Notes: generated from the letters alone by a model not told the origin. Positions 23,030-36,859 are shown, numbered from the stretch's first letter. The stretch is 64,000 bases of DNA from Lama guanicoe (GCA_013239625.1 MU053652.1:2048001-2112000), one strand, 5' to 3'. Program-made: numbers and translations.

Positions 23030-24830
23030 AGAAACGTAGAACAGTACAAAGAGTAAGAACAAATACCGCACGTTCAACATCCAGAATTTATGGTTTATTT
23101 TCTAAAATAAGATAAATGGAACAATTCTAGAAAAAAAATGGAAGCTGCTTCTCTCATCATCCTTAATTCCATTTCCTATCCTCCCTCCTCAGGTACAATC
23201 GCTATCATCAATTTAGTGTGTATTTTTCCAAACTTGTTTTTATATTTTATGTATAAATCAAAATAAATATATATAATGTATATGCCTATAATAGCGCTGA
23301 GTTTTATGTAAATGGTATCACTGAGCACAGCATTCTGCAACTTACATTTTTCACTCAGTATTATGCATCTGATACCGATCCATGTTGACACCTGCAGATC
23401 TAATTTATTCATGTCACCTGCTGTACAATATTCCACTGTATGACTATATCACGATTTATTTATCTCTTCATCTACTAAATATGTTGGTTGCTTCCAATTT
23501 TTTAGCATTACAATCAAATTTACTATGGTACTTTTGTACGTGACTATCTGCACATATGTTGGAGAGTTTTTCCTTAGGATGTATACCTGGACATGGGATT
23601 ATGTATCTATTTCAAATTATCCTAGGTTGCAGACAACAGAATTCACTATAGCTTCTTTAAGCAAAAAGCAGCACAATTAAGTGATATTAGATGGTCTATA
23701 AAAATTCTAGCAAGACCAGAAAAGTAGGCTGGAACACTATCGCCAGGGATGTCCCAGTTGGAAACATACTTCTATACCCTACAAGATCATTCTAATAGAA
23801 ACACCAAAGCAGCTGCTTAGAAACCACGACTCTGTGACCTGGACATCAGAAATTTGAGTTTGGCTGCCCTAGAAGAACCAGATGCCTTTCTTTCCCTATC
23901 ATTTTATAATGCCTCCTTTATCAAGTATCGAGGACCTATAACCAGCTGAATCTGTTTGGATTCTCTGATATGTTCTATTGATCTATTTGTCTACTCCTGT
24001 ATCAATACCACACTGACTTAATCACTATGGCTTTATAGCATGTCTTTGTATTTAGTAAGACAAATCCCCTCTTCTCTTTCAGAATGATTTTGACTGTTTT
24101 TGTATGTTTATTTTATATGAATTTTGGAACCAATTTGTCAAACATGAAAATAATCATGTTGAAGTTTTTACTATATGTGCGTTGACTGTATAGTCTACAT
24201 ATCTTTAAAATAAAGTGTTCCCATCCGCTAACGTGGTCTGTCTCTCAAAGTGTTTAATTCTTGCGCATTACTTGAATTCTTACTACAATTATTCACAGGT
24301 ATTTTTTTCATTTTTCTTCCCATTGTAAATTGCATCTTTTTAAATTTTAATTTTCTAATTTTGTTAATACTAATGTGTAGAATGCTATAAGTCTGGGTAT
24401 ATTAATCTTCTACCCAACAAAGTCAAACTTTAAAAAATATCAGTAGCTTTTCCATAAGTCATCTAGGTGTTTGGTTGTTTTTTTTTTTTAGTAGAAACAA
24501 TCAAATAGCGTGTAAATAACAATTACATTTTAACTTTCCAATTCTTATCCTCTTGTTTTAACTTTGTGCTTAGTTTCATTTGTTAGAAACTTAAGCACAA
24601 CGTTGCCACTAATGGTGACTGACAGTGGACATTCCTGCCTTCTTTCCTTTAATGGAAATATTTCTGACCTTCTATAATTAACTACAGTATTTGCTGTAAA
24701 TAGTAGATGCCATTATTAGGTTAACAGGCTATTCCTAATTTGCTAAGAGATCTTTTTTGAATCATGAATGAGTGCTGAGTTTCATTAAATCCTTCTTTCT
24801 GCATCTATTAATATGATCAATTTTTCTCCC
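23030..24830 (-). mobile_element. Ancient L1ME/L1MC fragments, with a possible LTR fragment at ~23620-23900
   Basis: cattctgcaacttacatttttcactcagtatt, tgttctattgatctatttgtctactcctgtatcaataccacactg and tattcctaatttgctaagag are reverse L1 motifs. Confidence 0.8.
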
Positions 24831-24919
24831 ACTTCATCTTTGAAGAAAACAAACTGTTGTAGCCAGGACAGAATCATAGAGTATCAGATTACTAGAGCTG
24901 GAAGCATCCTGAGATCCCA

Positions 24920-25140
24920 CCCTGTGTTCTCAATGGGACACTCTTGGCATCTGAGCTGGGGAAAATCTTTACTGTTCCAGACTGTTCCATGTATTACAGG
25001 AGGGCTAGCAAGCCTGGCCTCCTTGTCAGAGCCACATGCTCTCTTTAAGACATCTGGAAATCAAAAGCTGTCCCCACATATTTACAAAGGTCCTTGGAGC
25101 TGCCAGCACTTAACTTCAACACCCCCGAGACCCACAGATG
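24920..25140. mobile_element. hAT-Charlie MITE (MER20-like), degenerate
   Basis: gtgttctcaa start, gactgttccatgtattacagga internal, gagacccacag end. Confidence 0.5.
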
Positions 25141-26794
25141 CCCAAAGACCTACAGGGATTGTCCTAAACCTGAGAGCTATCAAGTTCTCCCTTCACACTC
25201 ACATTAGAGCTATTTTGACTCTACCTGCTATGAAATCTCCACTCCTGCACCCCAACCCCCAACCTTGCTAAAGAGTTGCTGACTTATTCTGATTCCTCCT
25301 AGTTTACTTTTGCTCCTGCCCTAAGCAATCCTTCCAGGGAGCCTTATTTCATCTCATTGTAAATCACACTAAAGACTCATCTCTTCTGCCTGCGCTTCTC
25401 TGGAGAGTCCCGCCTGACTTGACACCAAGCAGTCCCACCAGAGATCTTCTTGAATACAGCGCACCTCAGCGGTGAGAGAGGAAAGGAACCAAGGTGCTGA
25501 TGCATTCCGCCCCTCCTCACTTAGCCATGGGCTTTCCAGCAAGAGAGAGGCACCCAGCAGCTCCAAGCTCCCTCCCCATCTCAGGCGCACACCTTGGGCT
25601 GCAAGACACAGTGCTAGCAGATACCCAGGGAGGCTCTGCTCAGGTTGCTTCAAGCCTGGCTTCTTGTGGGTATTGGGAGGGGCTGCCCACAGCCTCCTGG
25701 CAAGAAGAGAAGCAAAGGTGAGTCCTTACCATATGTCCATACTTTCCAAATCACTGCAGCCAGGGAAGTGGAGGCTCTGGGCTGGAGTGTGTGTGTGTGT
25801 CTAGGGCAGGGGGATGGTGGTGGCATCACAGGTGGGTGGACAAAGTTCCGTCCAGAGGACAGACTTCATTGCCTTCCCCTGGGAAAGGAAAGTCAGAGCA
25901 GCTAGCTCCACTGGAATCTGAGAGTTCCCCAGGAGCCCTGTGAAAGAATCCTGCCTGGTCCTCCCAACCAAACCATCACACATTCATCAGAAGCTTACTT
26001 TGGTCTTAATGCATTTCACTCCTGTCACCTATATATTCAAATATGTATTAAGTATCTGCTTTCTGTTCAAAGATAAATCAATCAGCTTCCAAGCTCAAGT
26101 GCTTCCCAGTTGGCTGGGGAGAAACCCAGGACCACGATTTCAGGAGAGCATGCCCAGTGTCCCAGCAGCGCGTGAACTAGAGTCTACAGGAGAGGGGTTC
26201 TCGGCAGGCTTCCCTGAGGGGAGTGCTGCTTGCGCCTCTGTCTGAGGCTTGTGTGGGGGAGTGGGCAGGCCGGCACAGGCACCCCAGCAGACACGTGGGG
26301 GGGCGGCACCCATTCTGCAGCTCTCCGCTCCCATCTCTGCCTGCCCCTAGGAAGCATTCTGCTCCAGCCACACTGAGGCTCTAGACTCTACCCTTCAGTC
26401 AGTAAGCATCCAAGAGAGGAGGTGGGGGGCGGGGGGAGCAGTGAGATACAACCCCAGACGCCTGCACCAGGGAAGGAAAGAGGTGTGTGTGAACAGGGCT
26501 CAGCAATGGAGGACCGGCCAGAGGTGGATTCTGAGTCCAACATGGGCTTCCTTTGGCTCTCAAAGTATGTACATTTGAATCACAGATACAAGAAACCGAA
26601 AGATATTTTAGAAATTATTATCCCAGTATTTTCTCCATACAAAAGCTGCCATGACAATTTCCTAAGTTTCAACTGTCTGATTTCTTGACAGTCATGAAAT
26701 AAATAAGGATTGTCAATGAGGAAGAAAAGAAAAAATACAATGCCTAACTAAGCCCCCTACTAATTTACATTGATGGACAGCACGACACAGGGGC

Positions 26795-26970
26795 ATTTCT
26801 CTCCTGCCACTTGCTAGCTGTGTGATTCAGTGCAAGTCAGCTAACCTCTCTGAATCCTTTACTCATTTGTAAAATGAGGATAAGACTATATACCACGCGT
26901 GACTGTGGGGAGGACAAAACCTATGTGCTTTTGGCAGGTGTTTGATAAATGATAGCTGGTATTGTTATTA
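26795..26970 (+). mobile_element. MIR SINE
   Basis: ctgccacttgctagctgtgtga ... ctaacctctctgaatc ... ctcatttgtaaaatgaggata. Confidence 0.8.
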
Positions 26971-27197
26971 CTAGGAACTCAGAAGCATGGAGATAGCGCC
27001 CATGTCTACCATTTCTAAGAATAATTTCTAAGCCAGAGCTGTTGTACAGACCAACCCTAGCAAGGATTATATTCCAGAGTAAACAAAAACAGGAATTCAC
27101 TCAATGGAAGTCTTGCCAGGTAAACAAGGCAGAGGGGAAAGTTACTATCAGCTTCCTTGTTATACATCTGTCAGGGGACACTCCAGGAAATGCTGCT

Positions 27198-27290
27198 CAT
27201 CCATCCATCCATCCATCCATTCACTCATGTATTCTTTTATTCATCATTCATTCATTCACTCATCCATTCATCCATCCATTCGTTCATTCC
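27198..27290. repeat. (CATC)n/(CATT)n tetranucleotide tract
   Basis: Directly visible. Partly repeated at 28748-28810. Confidence 0.9.
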
Positions 27291-27748
27291 AGGAAGGGAA
27301 TGTGGATAAGAATACACAAATGCTATGAGATCCTGGATGTCAACACCATGCCCTATTACAGAGGACATAAATAGGAAAATCAATGAAAAAGAAATAAAAA
27401 TTTTAAATGTTTATTTGGATTTATTAGCAATTTAAAATTTTCAATAAAAACATCATTTTTTCTGACCTATTAATGTGGCAAGGGTTTTTAAAATGAGAAT
27501 TCTTGGTGTTTATACGGGAGATTGGAACCAGTCACTCTCAAAAGTGGTCCTGGGAATCCAGATTGATGAAACCTTTCCCGTGGGTGGGGGCCTGGGAGGA
27601 GGGAAGAGGGGTGGGGGAGAATTTTTTCTGTTAATGTGGCAAGGGTTTTTAAAATGAGAATTCTTGGTGTTTATACGGGAGATTGGAACCAGTCACTCTC
27701 AAAAGTGGTCCTGGGAATCCAGATTGATGAAACCTTTCCCTTCCCGTG

Positions 27749-28747
27749 NNNNNNNNNNNNNNNNNNNNNNNNNNNNNNNNNNNNNNNNNNNNNNNNNNNN
27801 NNNNNNNNNNNNNNNNNNNNNNNNNNNNNNNNNNNNNNNNNNNNNNNNNNNNNNNNNNNNNNNNNNNNNNNNNNNNNNNNNNNNNNNNNNNNNNNNNNNN
27901 NNNNNNNNNNNNNNNNNNNNNNNNNNNNNNNNNNNNNNNNNNNNNNNNNNNNNNNNNNNNNNNNNNNNNNNNNNNNNNNNNNNNNNNNNNNNNNNNNNNN
28001 NNNNNNNNNNNNNNNNNNNNNNNNNNNNNNNNNNNNNNNNNNNNNNNNNNNNNNNNNNNNNNNNNNNNNNNNNNNNNNNNNNNNNNNNNNNNNNNNNNNN
28101 NNNNNNNNNNNNNNNNNNNNNNNNNNNNNNNNNNNNNNNNNNNNNNNNNNNNNNNNNNNNNNNNNNNNNNNNNNNNNNNNNNNNNNNNNNNNNNNNNNNN
28201 NNNNNNNNNNNNNNNNNNNNNNNNNNNNNNNNNNNNNNNNNNNNNNNNNNNNNNNNNNNNNNNNNNNNNNNNNNNNNNNNNNNNNNNNNNNNNNNNNNNN
28301 NNNNNNNNNNNNNNNNNNNNNNNNNNNNNNNNNNNNNNNNNNNNNNNNNNNNNNNNNNNNNNNNNNNNNNNNNNNNNNNNNNNNNNNNNNNNNNNNNNNN
28401 NNNNNNNNNNNNNNNNNNNNNNNNNNNNNNNNNNNNNNNNNNNNNNNNNNNNNNNNNNNNNNNNNNNNNNNNNNNNNNNNNNNNNNNNNNNNNNNNNNNN
28501 NNNNNNNNNNNNNNNNNNNNNNNNNNNNNNNNNNNNNNNNNNNNNNNNNNNNNNNNNNNNNNNNNNNNNNNNNNNNNNNNNNNNNNNNNNNNNNNNNNNN
28601 NNNNNNNNNNNNNNNNNNNNNNNNNNNNNNNNNNNNNNNNNNNNNNNNNNNNNNNNNNNNNNNNNNNNNNNNNNNNNNNNNNNNNNNNNNNNNNNNNNNN
28701 NNNNNNNNNNNNNNNNNNNNNNNNNNNNNNNNNNNNNNNNNNNNNNN
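27749..28747. other. Assembly gap (999 N)
   Basis: Run of N. Confidence 1.
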
Positions 28748-29126
28748 GTATTCTTTTATTCATCATTCATTCATTCACTCATCCATTCATCCATCCATTC
28801 GTTCATTCCAGGAAGGGAATGTGGATAAGAATACACAAATGCTATGAGATCCTGGATGTCAACACCATGCCCTACTACAGAGGACATAAATAGGAAAATC
28901 AATGAAAAAGAAATAAAAATTTTAAATGTTTATTTGGATTTATTAGCAATTTAAAATTTTTCAATAAAAACATCATTTTTTCTGACCTATTAATGTGGCA
29001 AGGGTTTTTAAAATGAGAATTCTTGGTGTTTATACGGGAGATTGGAACCAGTCACTCTCAAAAGTGGTCCTGGGAATCCAGATTGATGAAACCTTTCCCG
29101 TGGGTGGGGGCCTGGGAGGAGGGAAG
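28748..29126 (+). repeat. Near-exact copy of 27229-27606 across the gap (probable assembly artefact)
   Basis: Identical by eye apart from one substitution (ccctattaca vs ccctactaca) and a 1-nt difference in a T run. Confidence 0.92.
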
Positions 29127-29249
29127 GGGAGGAGGGGGGGCTGTCAAACAGGTGCCACCTCACCCACGCCACCTCTGCGTTCTGCCTACCCCTGCCCCCA
29201 AACAAATCTTCTAAATCCACAAAAACGTGTACTCACTTTGACCTCACTG

Positions 29250-29945
29250 CTTCATTGCTAGAAATTCATCCTTGAACATAACAATGACATGTGCAAAACA
29301 TACAGCTATAAAGACGTTCTTCACAGTTCTGTTTGCAACATTTAAAAGCCAGAACCAATCTAAGTGCCAACCAAGGATGCTTGGCTGAGGTGGCCACGCA
29401 GCACGGAACCTGGAACACTCAGGAGACAGAGAGAGTGCAGTGTGGTCCAAACCCCAGCTCTTCTGCACCCTCCCTATGTGACCTAGGGCAAAATATTGCC
29501 TCCAAACCTGTTTTCTCATTTATAAAAGTTAGATAGTAATAGTATTTACCTCATGACTCTGCGGTGAGGAATAAATTAGATGACGCCTACTTTATTCCTG
29601 TGGGCTGTGTAACACTCGACCCATAGGAAGCATTTTATAAATATTTGCTATTATTAAATAAATTGTGCTATAACCACATGATGAAATTCATTGCAAACAT
29701 AAAAAAAGATGCTGTAGAATACTATCTAATGATACTGGGAAATGTTTATGGATACTGTTAAGTGCAAGGAGCGGGTTATATTACTGCATGAAATCTAGTT
29801 TTTGCTAAATATCTATTTTTTCAGCAGGAAAAAGAGTAAACTAGTTTACATCAAAATGATAACTGCAGTTAGTTCTGAGTGATGGGATAACAGGAGATTT
29901 TTGTTTTCTTATTTGGGCTTTTCTATATTTGCCAATTTTTCCTCA
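29250..29945 (+). mobile_element. L1ME 3' fragments interrupted by a MIR (~29420-29655)
   Basis: L1ME motifs aaagacgttcttcacagttctgtttgcaaca and tctgagtgatgggataacaggagattttt flank the MIR core tgtgacctagggcaa ... ttttctcatttataaaa. Confidence 0.75.
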
Positions 29946-32700
29946 ACAGGGAGGGAAAAAGAAGGTGTCACCAGGAACGTGACTTTGCTTGCTATTCGTT
30001 TTCTGATGAGAAAGATGGAACAAGAATCGTGTTTATCTGTAAAGACGCTCTAGAAAATGGAGGTAGAGAATGGTGCCCTGCGAATTCCCAGCAAGGTGTC
30101 CCTACCCTATGCCCTTCCTGGGAGAAAATAGCCTAAGAAACCCCTTAACCCAGAGGATGGCAGGTTCCCCAGCCTGTGAACTCATTCTGGGGCACGCAGC
30201 CTCAGTCCACCTACAGCATGAATGCTGGTAAAGAAGAGAGAGCAAAAGGGACAGGAAAGACAGTGAAGAGCGGAGGGACGGGGCCAGGGAGGCAGGGGAC
30301 TCTCCCTTCCCTTTACATGCCCCCCCTCCACCCTCTTTCCCCTGGACAGTGTCAACCTCTTTGACCCAGCTTCCCCACTCTAACGTTGTCATGTGTTTTT
30401 CTTGACTGTGGGATCTCCCAGGGCAGAGCCAACTTGTCCCCAGCACCATGAGGGAAGGTCCAGGGTAGGACTGGCCATTTCCAGGCTATGCCCCTTCCAG
30501 GTCAGGCCAGAGCAGCGCTGGAGGGGAGAAAATAGAAAAAGGCCAGCTGAGCAAGCCGAGGAATGCGGGCCTATCCCTTCAGCTGGACGAAAGAAAGACA
30601 AGGTGAGTTTAGGGCAACCCGGAAATGAAGTCAGCTGGCCTCCACCCCCCTCTCCAAATCGACCCCTGAAGTAAACAATGTTTTCCAACAGCACAGAGAG
30701 GTGGAGGCCCCCTGGATACAGATGGATATGGAAGTAGCCTTTGGAGACTGGTTTTTAGGCTGGAAGCTAGGGGCAGGAGGGGAGCCCTGCTCAGTCCCCC
30801 AGGCTTTATCATTACTGCTTTGCATTTATGCTGCAGGGCCTGGCCTCGGCCACAGAGCACCTGCCCTGCCCAACACACTTCAAAGGTATTTGTGGAGCTG
30901 CGACTTCCCAGCTCCCTGCAGTGACTCTCCAGCTTTCCTGGGGACTGGCACACTTTGGGATGGGAGGGTTAACCTTTGATTTTTCTGGAGGGTTAATCTA
31001 CATAATTGTGATATGGAGTGATGCTCACAGGGGTAAGAGAAAGCTTTTCTTCTGTGTCTTTAAAACAGAAATGATACTGTTATTTGCTGACTTGCCAAAA
31101 CCACAGGACTACCAGTGATGAATGAACGGGATTGTCCGAGAAAGACTTGAAGGGCCCCTGGAAAAGAGGTATTTAACACAGAGAGAGGGTTGAGGCCTGA
31201 TTCTGCCTGACTGCAAAGCCCTGCTCTTAACTGCTACATTCTGCCATCTTGGGAATAACTGTAGCTTGCAGACTGAGCTGACTGCCACGCCCCAGGGGAC
31301 CACAATTGGAATGACCGCATTATAGTTGCAGCCTGGACTTTTTCAGCTTTGAATACCTTGAAAGCCCAAAGTGCCCCTATCTGTACCATCTCCACTCGAG
31401 AGCTTTGACTCCCACCTGCCTGATCCTTGTTGTTTCTTGATTTCAAGGGAAAAGTGGCAAAAGATACTGTTTGAGATAAAGATGGAAAAAGGGAAGACGT
31501 TCTAAAGCAGGGCTGCATGCGGGCTGGTGGTGGCCATTCCCTTGGTGTGAACCCATCTTCCACCCCATCATTCTTCCACCACTGGCCCCACCTTCCTCCC
31601 AGCACTGGCTGGAACACAAAGCAACTCTTGCATCCCACTCTGACTAATAAAAGATTCCTTCCTCTAGGCGGGAGCTGCATCTTTTGTTCCTGAGAGCTTC
31701 GGTCATTTTGGAATGTGAAACCGTAATGACAGGACTCTGAATGGTCCTACTTAGGACACTTCAGGAGTGAGTCAGAAGCTGTGTTTGCCTAACTGAGTTA
31801 GGACCTGTCAGTCATCAGTTAATGCTATAAATACATGGAGAGCTAGAAACTCTTCTCAGATAGGAAATAAAAGGCTATGCAAAGTAGATCTGGGGTTTTA
31901 AGACAGAACAGGTAAAGAGAGGCTGCAGGTGAATCAGCAGGTGCCTGTGTGACCTCCAAGGAGGCAGACACACCCACCCAGTACCACAAGCCTCCCTCTC
32001 TCTCTACCTGTTCCCACTCCCCTTTCTCATCTTGCACCAGGGTGCGTGCAGGATTCATAGGTGAGTGGGGACCCGTCTCTTGGGCATGTTTGAGTGAAGG
32101 TGTTGGCAGATATGATTCTAGAGCAAGCTCCTCTCCCTCAGGGACCCCTGAACAGATTCCCTGTTGGCAGGAGAGGAATTTCCCATCATCCTCCCTTCCT
32201 CTTGTCAACTGCCAGCACTGTATGAGCTGGAAGGCAGCCTGACAAGGTTAAGGGGAGAGAAGATCTGATACGCTATCATGCTTCTCAGGTCCATGATAGG
32301 CAGGCTTGTGTGGAGTGGGCCCCTGGCTTCCCTCTGCTCCCCTCCCCAAATAACCCTCCAATATGCCAATCAGAGACTAAGATAAGAAGCTGACTCTGAG
32401 TCCTCTTTCCGGAGCCTAAACCTCGAGGCAATTATTTATGGGAGCTCCGCAGTGTCTATCAACCAGTCTCTAGCCTGGGGCCTCCTTTCCACATGAAAGC
32501 TACCATGGCAGTGTGGACTGCAGTCTGCAGGGGACGGGAGGTAGCTCTTATCCATAATCTGTGCATCATTCTGGTCACCATCCCTTGACCATGACACCCA
32601 CCAAAAGTTCAGGCCATGTCCACTGCTGAAACTGCTGGCTATGAGACAGACCTGCCACCTGTGGACGGGGGTGCACACTCCCACCCAAGGTCACCTAGAC

Positions 32701-33160
32701 CAGGGCTACTCAAAGTGCGAGTCAGGATCAAGCTGCACATTGTTTGCTACTGCTCCGCAGTGAGGGAAGTACAGAAACTGAGAGTAAGCATTTTGAAACT
32801 TGTATAGAAATCTAGCAGAGTAATTTAATGTGTTTATTCTAATAATTAAAAAGGGACTCAGGGGAGGGTGTAGCTCAAGTGACAGAGCGCATGCTTACCA
32901 CGCATGAGGTCCTGGGTTCAATCCCTAGTACCTCCTCTAAGAACAAATAAATAACTAAGCCTAATTAAAATTAAAAAATAAAATAAAAAATAAATAAAAA
33001 GGGACTCATATTTTCATACCTTTCTGTTTAATTTCCCCAGAAATGTATTCTAAAGAATACATTTTTTAGAAATATATATATTGAATAAAAATATCATGCT
33101 ACAAGAAATTGTCAAAGAAAAAGCCTGCTCCTTCATCCCAGATAGTCTGAGAAGCACAAC
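32701..33160. mobile_element. hAT-Charlie-type non-autonomous DNA transposon interrupted by a SINE
   Basis: Termini cagggctactcaaa ... tctgagaagcac, flanked by CTAG-containing target-like sites (cctagac / ctctagtc). Confidence 0.6.
32861..32994 (+). mobile_element. Vic-1-type camelid SINE with a perfect 14-bp TSD
   Basis: ggggagggtgtagctcaagtg...gtcctgggttcaatccctagtacctcc. TSD taaaaagggactca at 32847-32860 and 32995-33008. Confidence 0.95.
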
Positions 33161-33709
33161 TCTAGTCGCACGTCTACTGCTCCACGAATACAGCATCGAA
33201 AACTCCAGTCTGCTGACTGCTCGTTTTGGAGGAATTCTGGGAGGGAACCAGAGCAAGAGCCCAAGAGAGAAATAGAGGGCAGAGGACACAGAGAGGCCGG
33301 CTGGCGCGTGAAGAGAAGGTGCACCCTTCCAGTGTAGCCGGCTCCACCAAAAACTGCACAGTCTGCACTCCAACAAATGGACGCAGTAAATCCAGCCCTT
33401 TCCGGCTCTCTATCCTGAGATTATGGCTATGGAGTAAGTCCGAAAGAAGGCAGTTCACTACAGACGTGCCTCTCCAGGGGGCTGACCAGGAAGCCCAGGG
33501 TAAGGCCATGCACCGAGGCCACGGCCGTCTGCATGCGGTCGACCTCAGCAGCAGTGCTCTGCTGGTCTGGCTGCCCCAAGGCCCTCTCAGCCCCACCCCG
33601 TGCATCTGCAGTCCTCCCATTGTAGAGTACCAGACCAGAACCCAGCCCTTCCCACCATTCGAATTGGGCAAGACTTCCTGAGGGAACTGTTCAGCTCAGG
33701 CAGGGTACC

Positions 33710-34125
33710 CAAGGCTTAAGAACAAAAGCGTGTCGTCAAACAACCTTGAGTCTAAGTTCTGGTCCCTCCGCTCCCCACCTATGTGACTTTGGGTACACAA
33801 GTATTGTGGCCTCAGTGTCTGCATCTACAGAATGGACATCACAATACCTCGTATTTACTGATGGTTATACTATATGCTAGATGTTGGCTACTGGCTTTAT
33901 CTGGAATATCTCAAAATAACCCTATGAGATAGATATGTTTAGTTCCATTTAAACGGAGGTTAAGAACTTGCCGAGTCCACACAGTGAGTGAAACTCAGGA
34001 CTCAGTCATCTGCACTCCTCTTCCCAGTTACTGTGTTTAATCATTATAGGATACCTAACTCGTAGGATTGCTGTGAACATAAAACGAGATTGGTGCACCT
34101 GCACGGTGCCTTTCTCAACATGAGT
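33710..34125. mobile_element. Cluster of MIR fragments in both orientations
   Basis: ggcctcagtgtctgcatctacagaatgg, aataaccctatgagatag and cctaactcgtaggattgctgtgaacataaaacgag. Confidence 0.65.
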
Positions 34126-35658
34126 GGCTACTGCTTTCGATGTTACTTTCCCAGGGCTACTCTGGGGTCTTTGAATGTCCCCTGGCTTCAAGGCGACAAC
34201 CTAGGGCAGCAGAAGCTTGGCAAGCTCCAGAAGGAACCAAGCCAGGGCTTCCCTGGCCACTGGCCCAGCCTGCACATCCTCTAATGGTCCAGGGTTTCCT
34301 ATAAATATGCCAACAGCAAATCAAAGGCTCTGAAGCAAATCACAACAGTTACTCAATTTCAGGCTCTAAAGCATCTTCAGTCTCGCACCTTTCACATCAG
34401 CTAAAAGGTTCTTCCAGTTTCCCAGGTCCTGGATCGCTCCGCCTCATTTTTCTACATGCTGAGCCCCTCTCTGCAGAATACTGTAGATACCACCTATTGA
34501 AAGAAGGGAGCAGGGCCAAAGGGTAGGGAAGACATTTGCTTGACTCTCAAATATTTATGCCACTCAGTGAGTCAGTGTTGGAGCCAGGACTCTTCCCTCA
34601 GCTTCCCCTGGAGGAGTTTTAGTGCAGGATGAGGCGAAAGCTGGATGCCAGCTTCTATCCCCCCAGGGATGCCCTTGAAAACCTCAGACCCGGGCTAATG
34701 AGTACCTTCTGTCGAGGGTCGGCTCCATGCCGGGCAAGGTGACCTTGCTTCTCTCTAATCCGTGCACCACACTGCAACGTAAGGATTAGTATTCTCATCT
34801 TACAGATACAGAAACTGAGGCTAAAGCAGGCAGGTAGCTGGCTTGAGTGACACAGCCAATCAGTGGAGGAGGCAGCATGCGACCCAGGTCTGCTGAGCAC
34901 GAGTGTCTGAGCCCCTCCCCTCCAGGAGGCCTGTGTGTTCTCCCTCTGGGACGAGACCCTGGGTCTCCACTAGCTCTCAGTTGCCTTTCCTCCCTCCCTC
35001 TTCCCTGAGCTCCAGGAAGGGCTGCTGCACTACCAGCATCCCGAATGGCCCCTCGAGAGTTCTCCCCTCCACCCCACCCCACAGGGGTGGCTGTGTGCTC
35101 TCTTCACCTGTCCCTTTTGGGGTCTCACTTGTTTTATTTCCAAGGTGGTGATATGGAGAGGAAAAGACGAGCTCCTTTACTGGGCTGATACAGGGTGACT
35201 GGAACCCTTGCTCGTCTGTGCTTCACCACCTCCCAGTTTCTAGGAGGGACTCATGTCAGAGCCCGTACTGGAGGCACCCAGCATGGCTTTGTTCCAGGCT
35301 AACAGGTTTCCAGAAACACAGGGAGGAAAACGCACAGCCCTTGCCCCCTGAGGGGCAGTGACAGGCATGTCAGACACAGTCTAAGCCCCTGGGTAACTGT
35401 GTCCCGTGGGGCAGTGTGCCCAAGTGCCACCCATATCAGAAGCCCATCCAGTGCTTGCCGGTTAGAACACAGACTCTAAATCAGAACACAGTTTGCGATG
35501 GAAGCCGGGGATATTCCCAGGCTCCCGGGTGATTCTGGTGGTTACAGAAATTGCACTTCACCTAGAGCATGGGTTTTGGGTCAGAACCATTTGGATTGAA
35601 ATCCCATCTTTGGGCAGGTTGCCTAACTTCCTTTGAGCTTCAGTGCTCCTCTATTGTG

Positions 35659-35699
35659 TAATAATAATAATAATAATTATTATTATTATTACTATTATT
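35659..35699. repeat. (TAA)n(TTA)n microsatellite forming a perfect 30-bp palindrome at 35662-35691
   Basis: Directly visible. Confidence 0.95.
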
Positions 35700-36859
35700 C
35701 CTGCCTCCTAAGACACCAGGAAGAGACAGAGAGAACAGACTTGGTTTGTGGCAGCGAAGAGCTCTTCAAAGTCTCCCAGCTTCAGAGTCCTTCCATCCAA
35801 AATTTGAAACATGGTAAGTATTCAAGACATGATTTGGATTTGCTCTTGTAAGTCCAAGAAAATTGAGAAAATCCACCGATAAGCTCACAGGTGAAGGAGA
35901 GTGATTAGAGAGAACTCTTCCTAACTCTATGTGATTAATCAACAGATCTGCAGTGAACGTCCGCGAGGGTCCAACATCACACAGCAACCTAAGATCTTAC
36001 CTACAGCAACTCAAATTTTAGTCAAGGAGATGAGGTGAAAACACACAAGTTGAAGTCAAATCAAAAGTTACTAAAAGAACAAGACAATTGTCCAAAGATG
36101 TTGCATGTTCATTTCTTTGTTCAGCACATATATTTTTTAATTGCCTCTGGTGTACCATGGACTGGACTGGAAACCAAAGATACAAGGTTGAATAACAGGA
36201 TCCTTCCCTCAAAGTATTTAAAGTCTAGAAAAGGAGACTGATGAGCAAATCAATGTTCATAATTAATTCACCCTCTTCTGGCTCTGAGGATTAAGAAAGG
36301 CCAAGATTCACAGTATTTTAAATACTTTCTTCAGAGTCTGCTTGAATACTTGAAGCAGGAAGGTAATCAACGTCTGCTTTCCTACCTCAGAGCACTCAGA
36401 GCTTCAGCCCCAACGTCTAGAGACAAATGTACTACATAGACCACTACCACAGTAGTGACGGCAGGCAGTTTTGAAACTCTTGTCTAAACATAGCTGTGAA
36501 GTGTGAAAATACAGGTAAATCTGTTCAAAACGGTTAATCACAATGCAAGGAAAGGGAAAATACAGAGAACTCTCAGTCTACCTTCAATCACCCCAATGGT
36601 GTGAGGAGGTGGAGGCAAAACTAGAGACAAGGGAATCCAATCAGGTTCACACTTCCTGCAAAACTCATGCTTGGTTCCCTAAGGTGAGGACTCCCTCCCC
36701 TTGAACATGACGTAGCCAGCACCTATCAGAGTGACTACACAGGTCTCTAATAAACATTCGTTGAATGAAGAAGTGAATGAATGAATGAACAATGAAATTA
36801 TCCACTTCTGAGAAAGCAGAGTGGTCAGTATGCAACCAACCATCAGACCAATGGATTGG

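Noticed and set aside
27636..28893. Long ORFs of 355-409 aa
   Set aside because: They are artefacts of translating through the N gap.
32175..32184. Isolated perfect TF motifs (NF-kB GGAATTTCCC here; ARE-like GCTGAGTCAT at 18850; several AP-1 and STAT words)
   Set aside because: Single short motifs are expected by chance in 64 kb.
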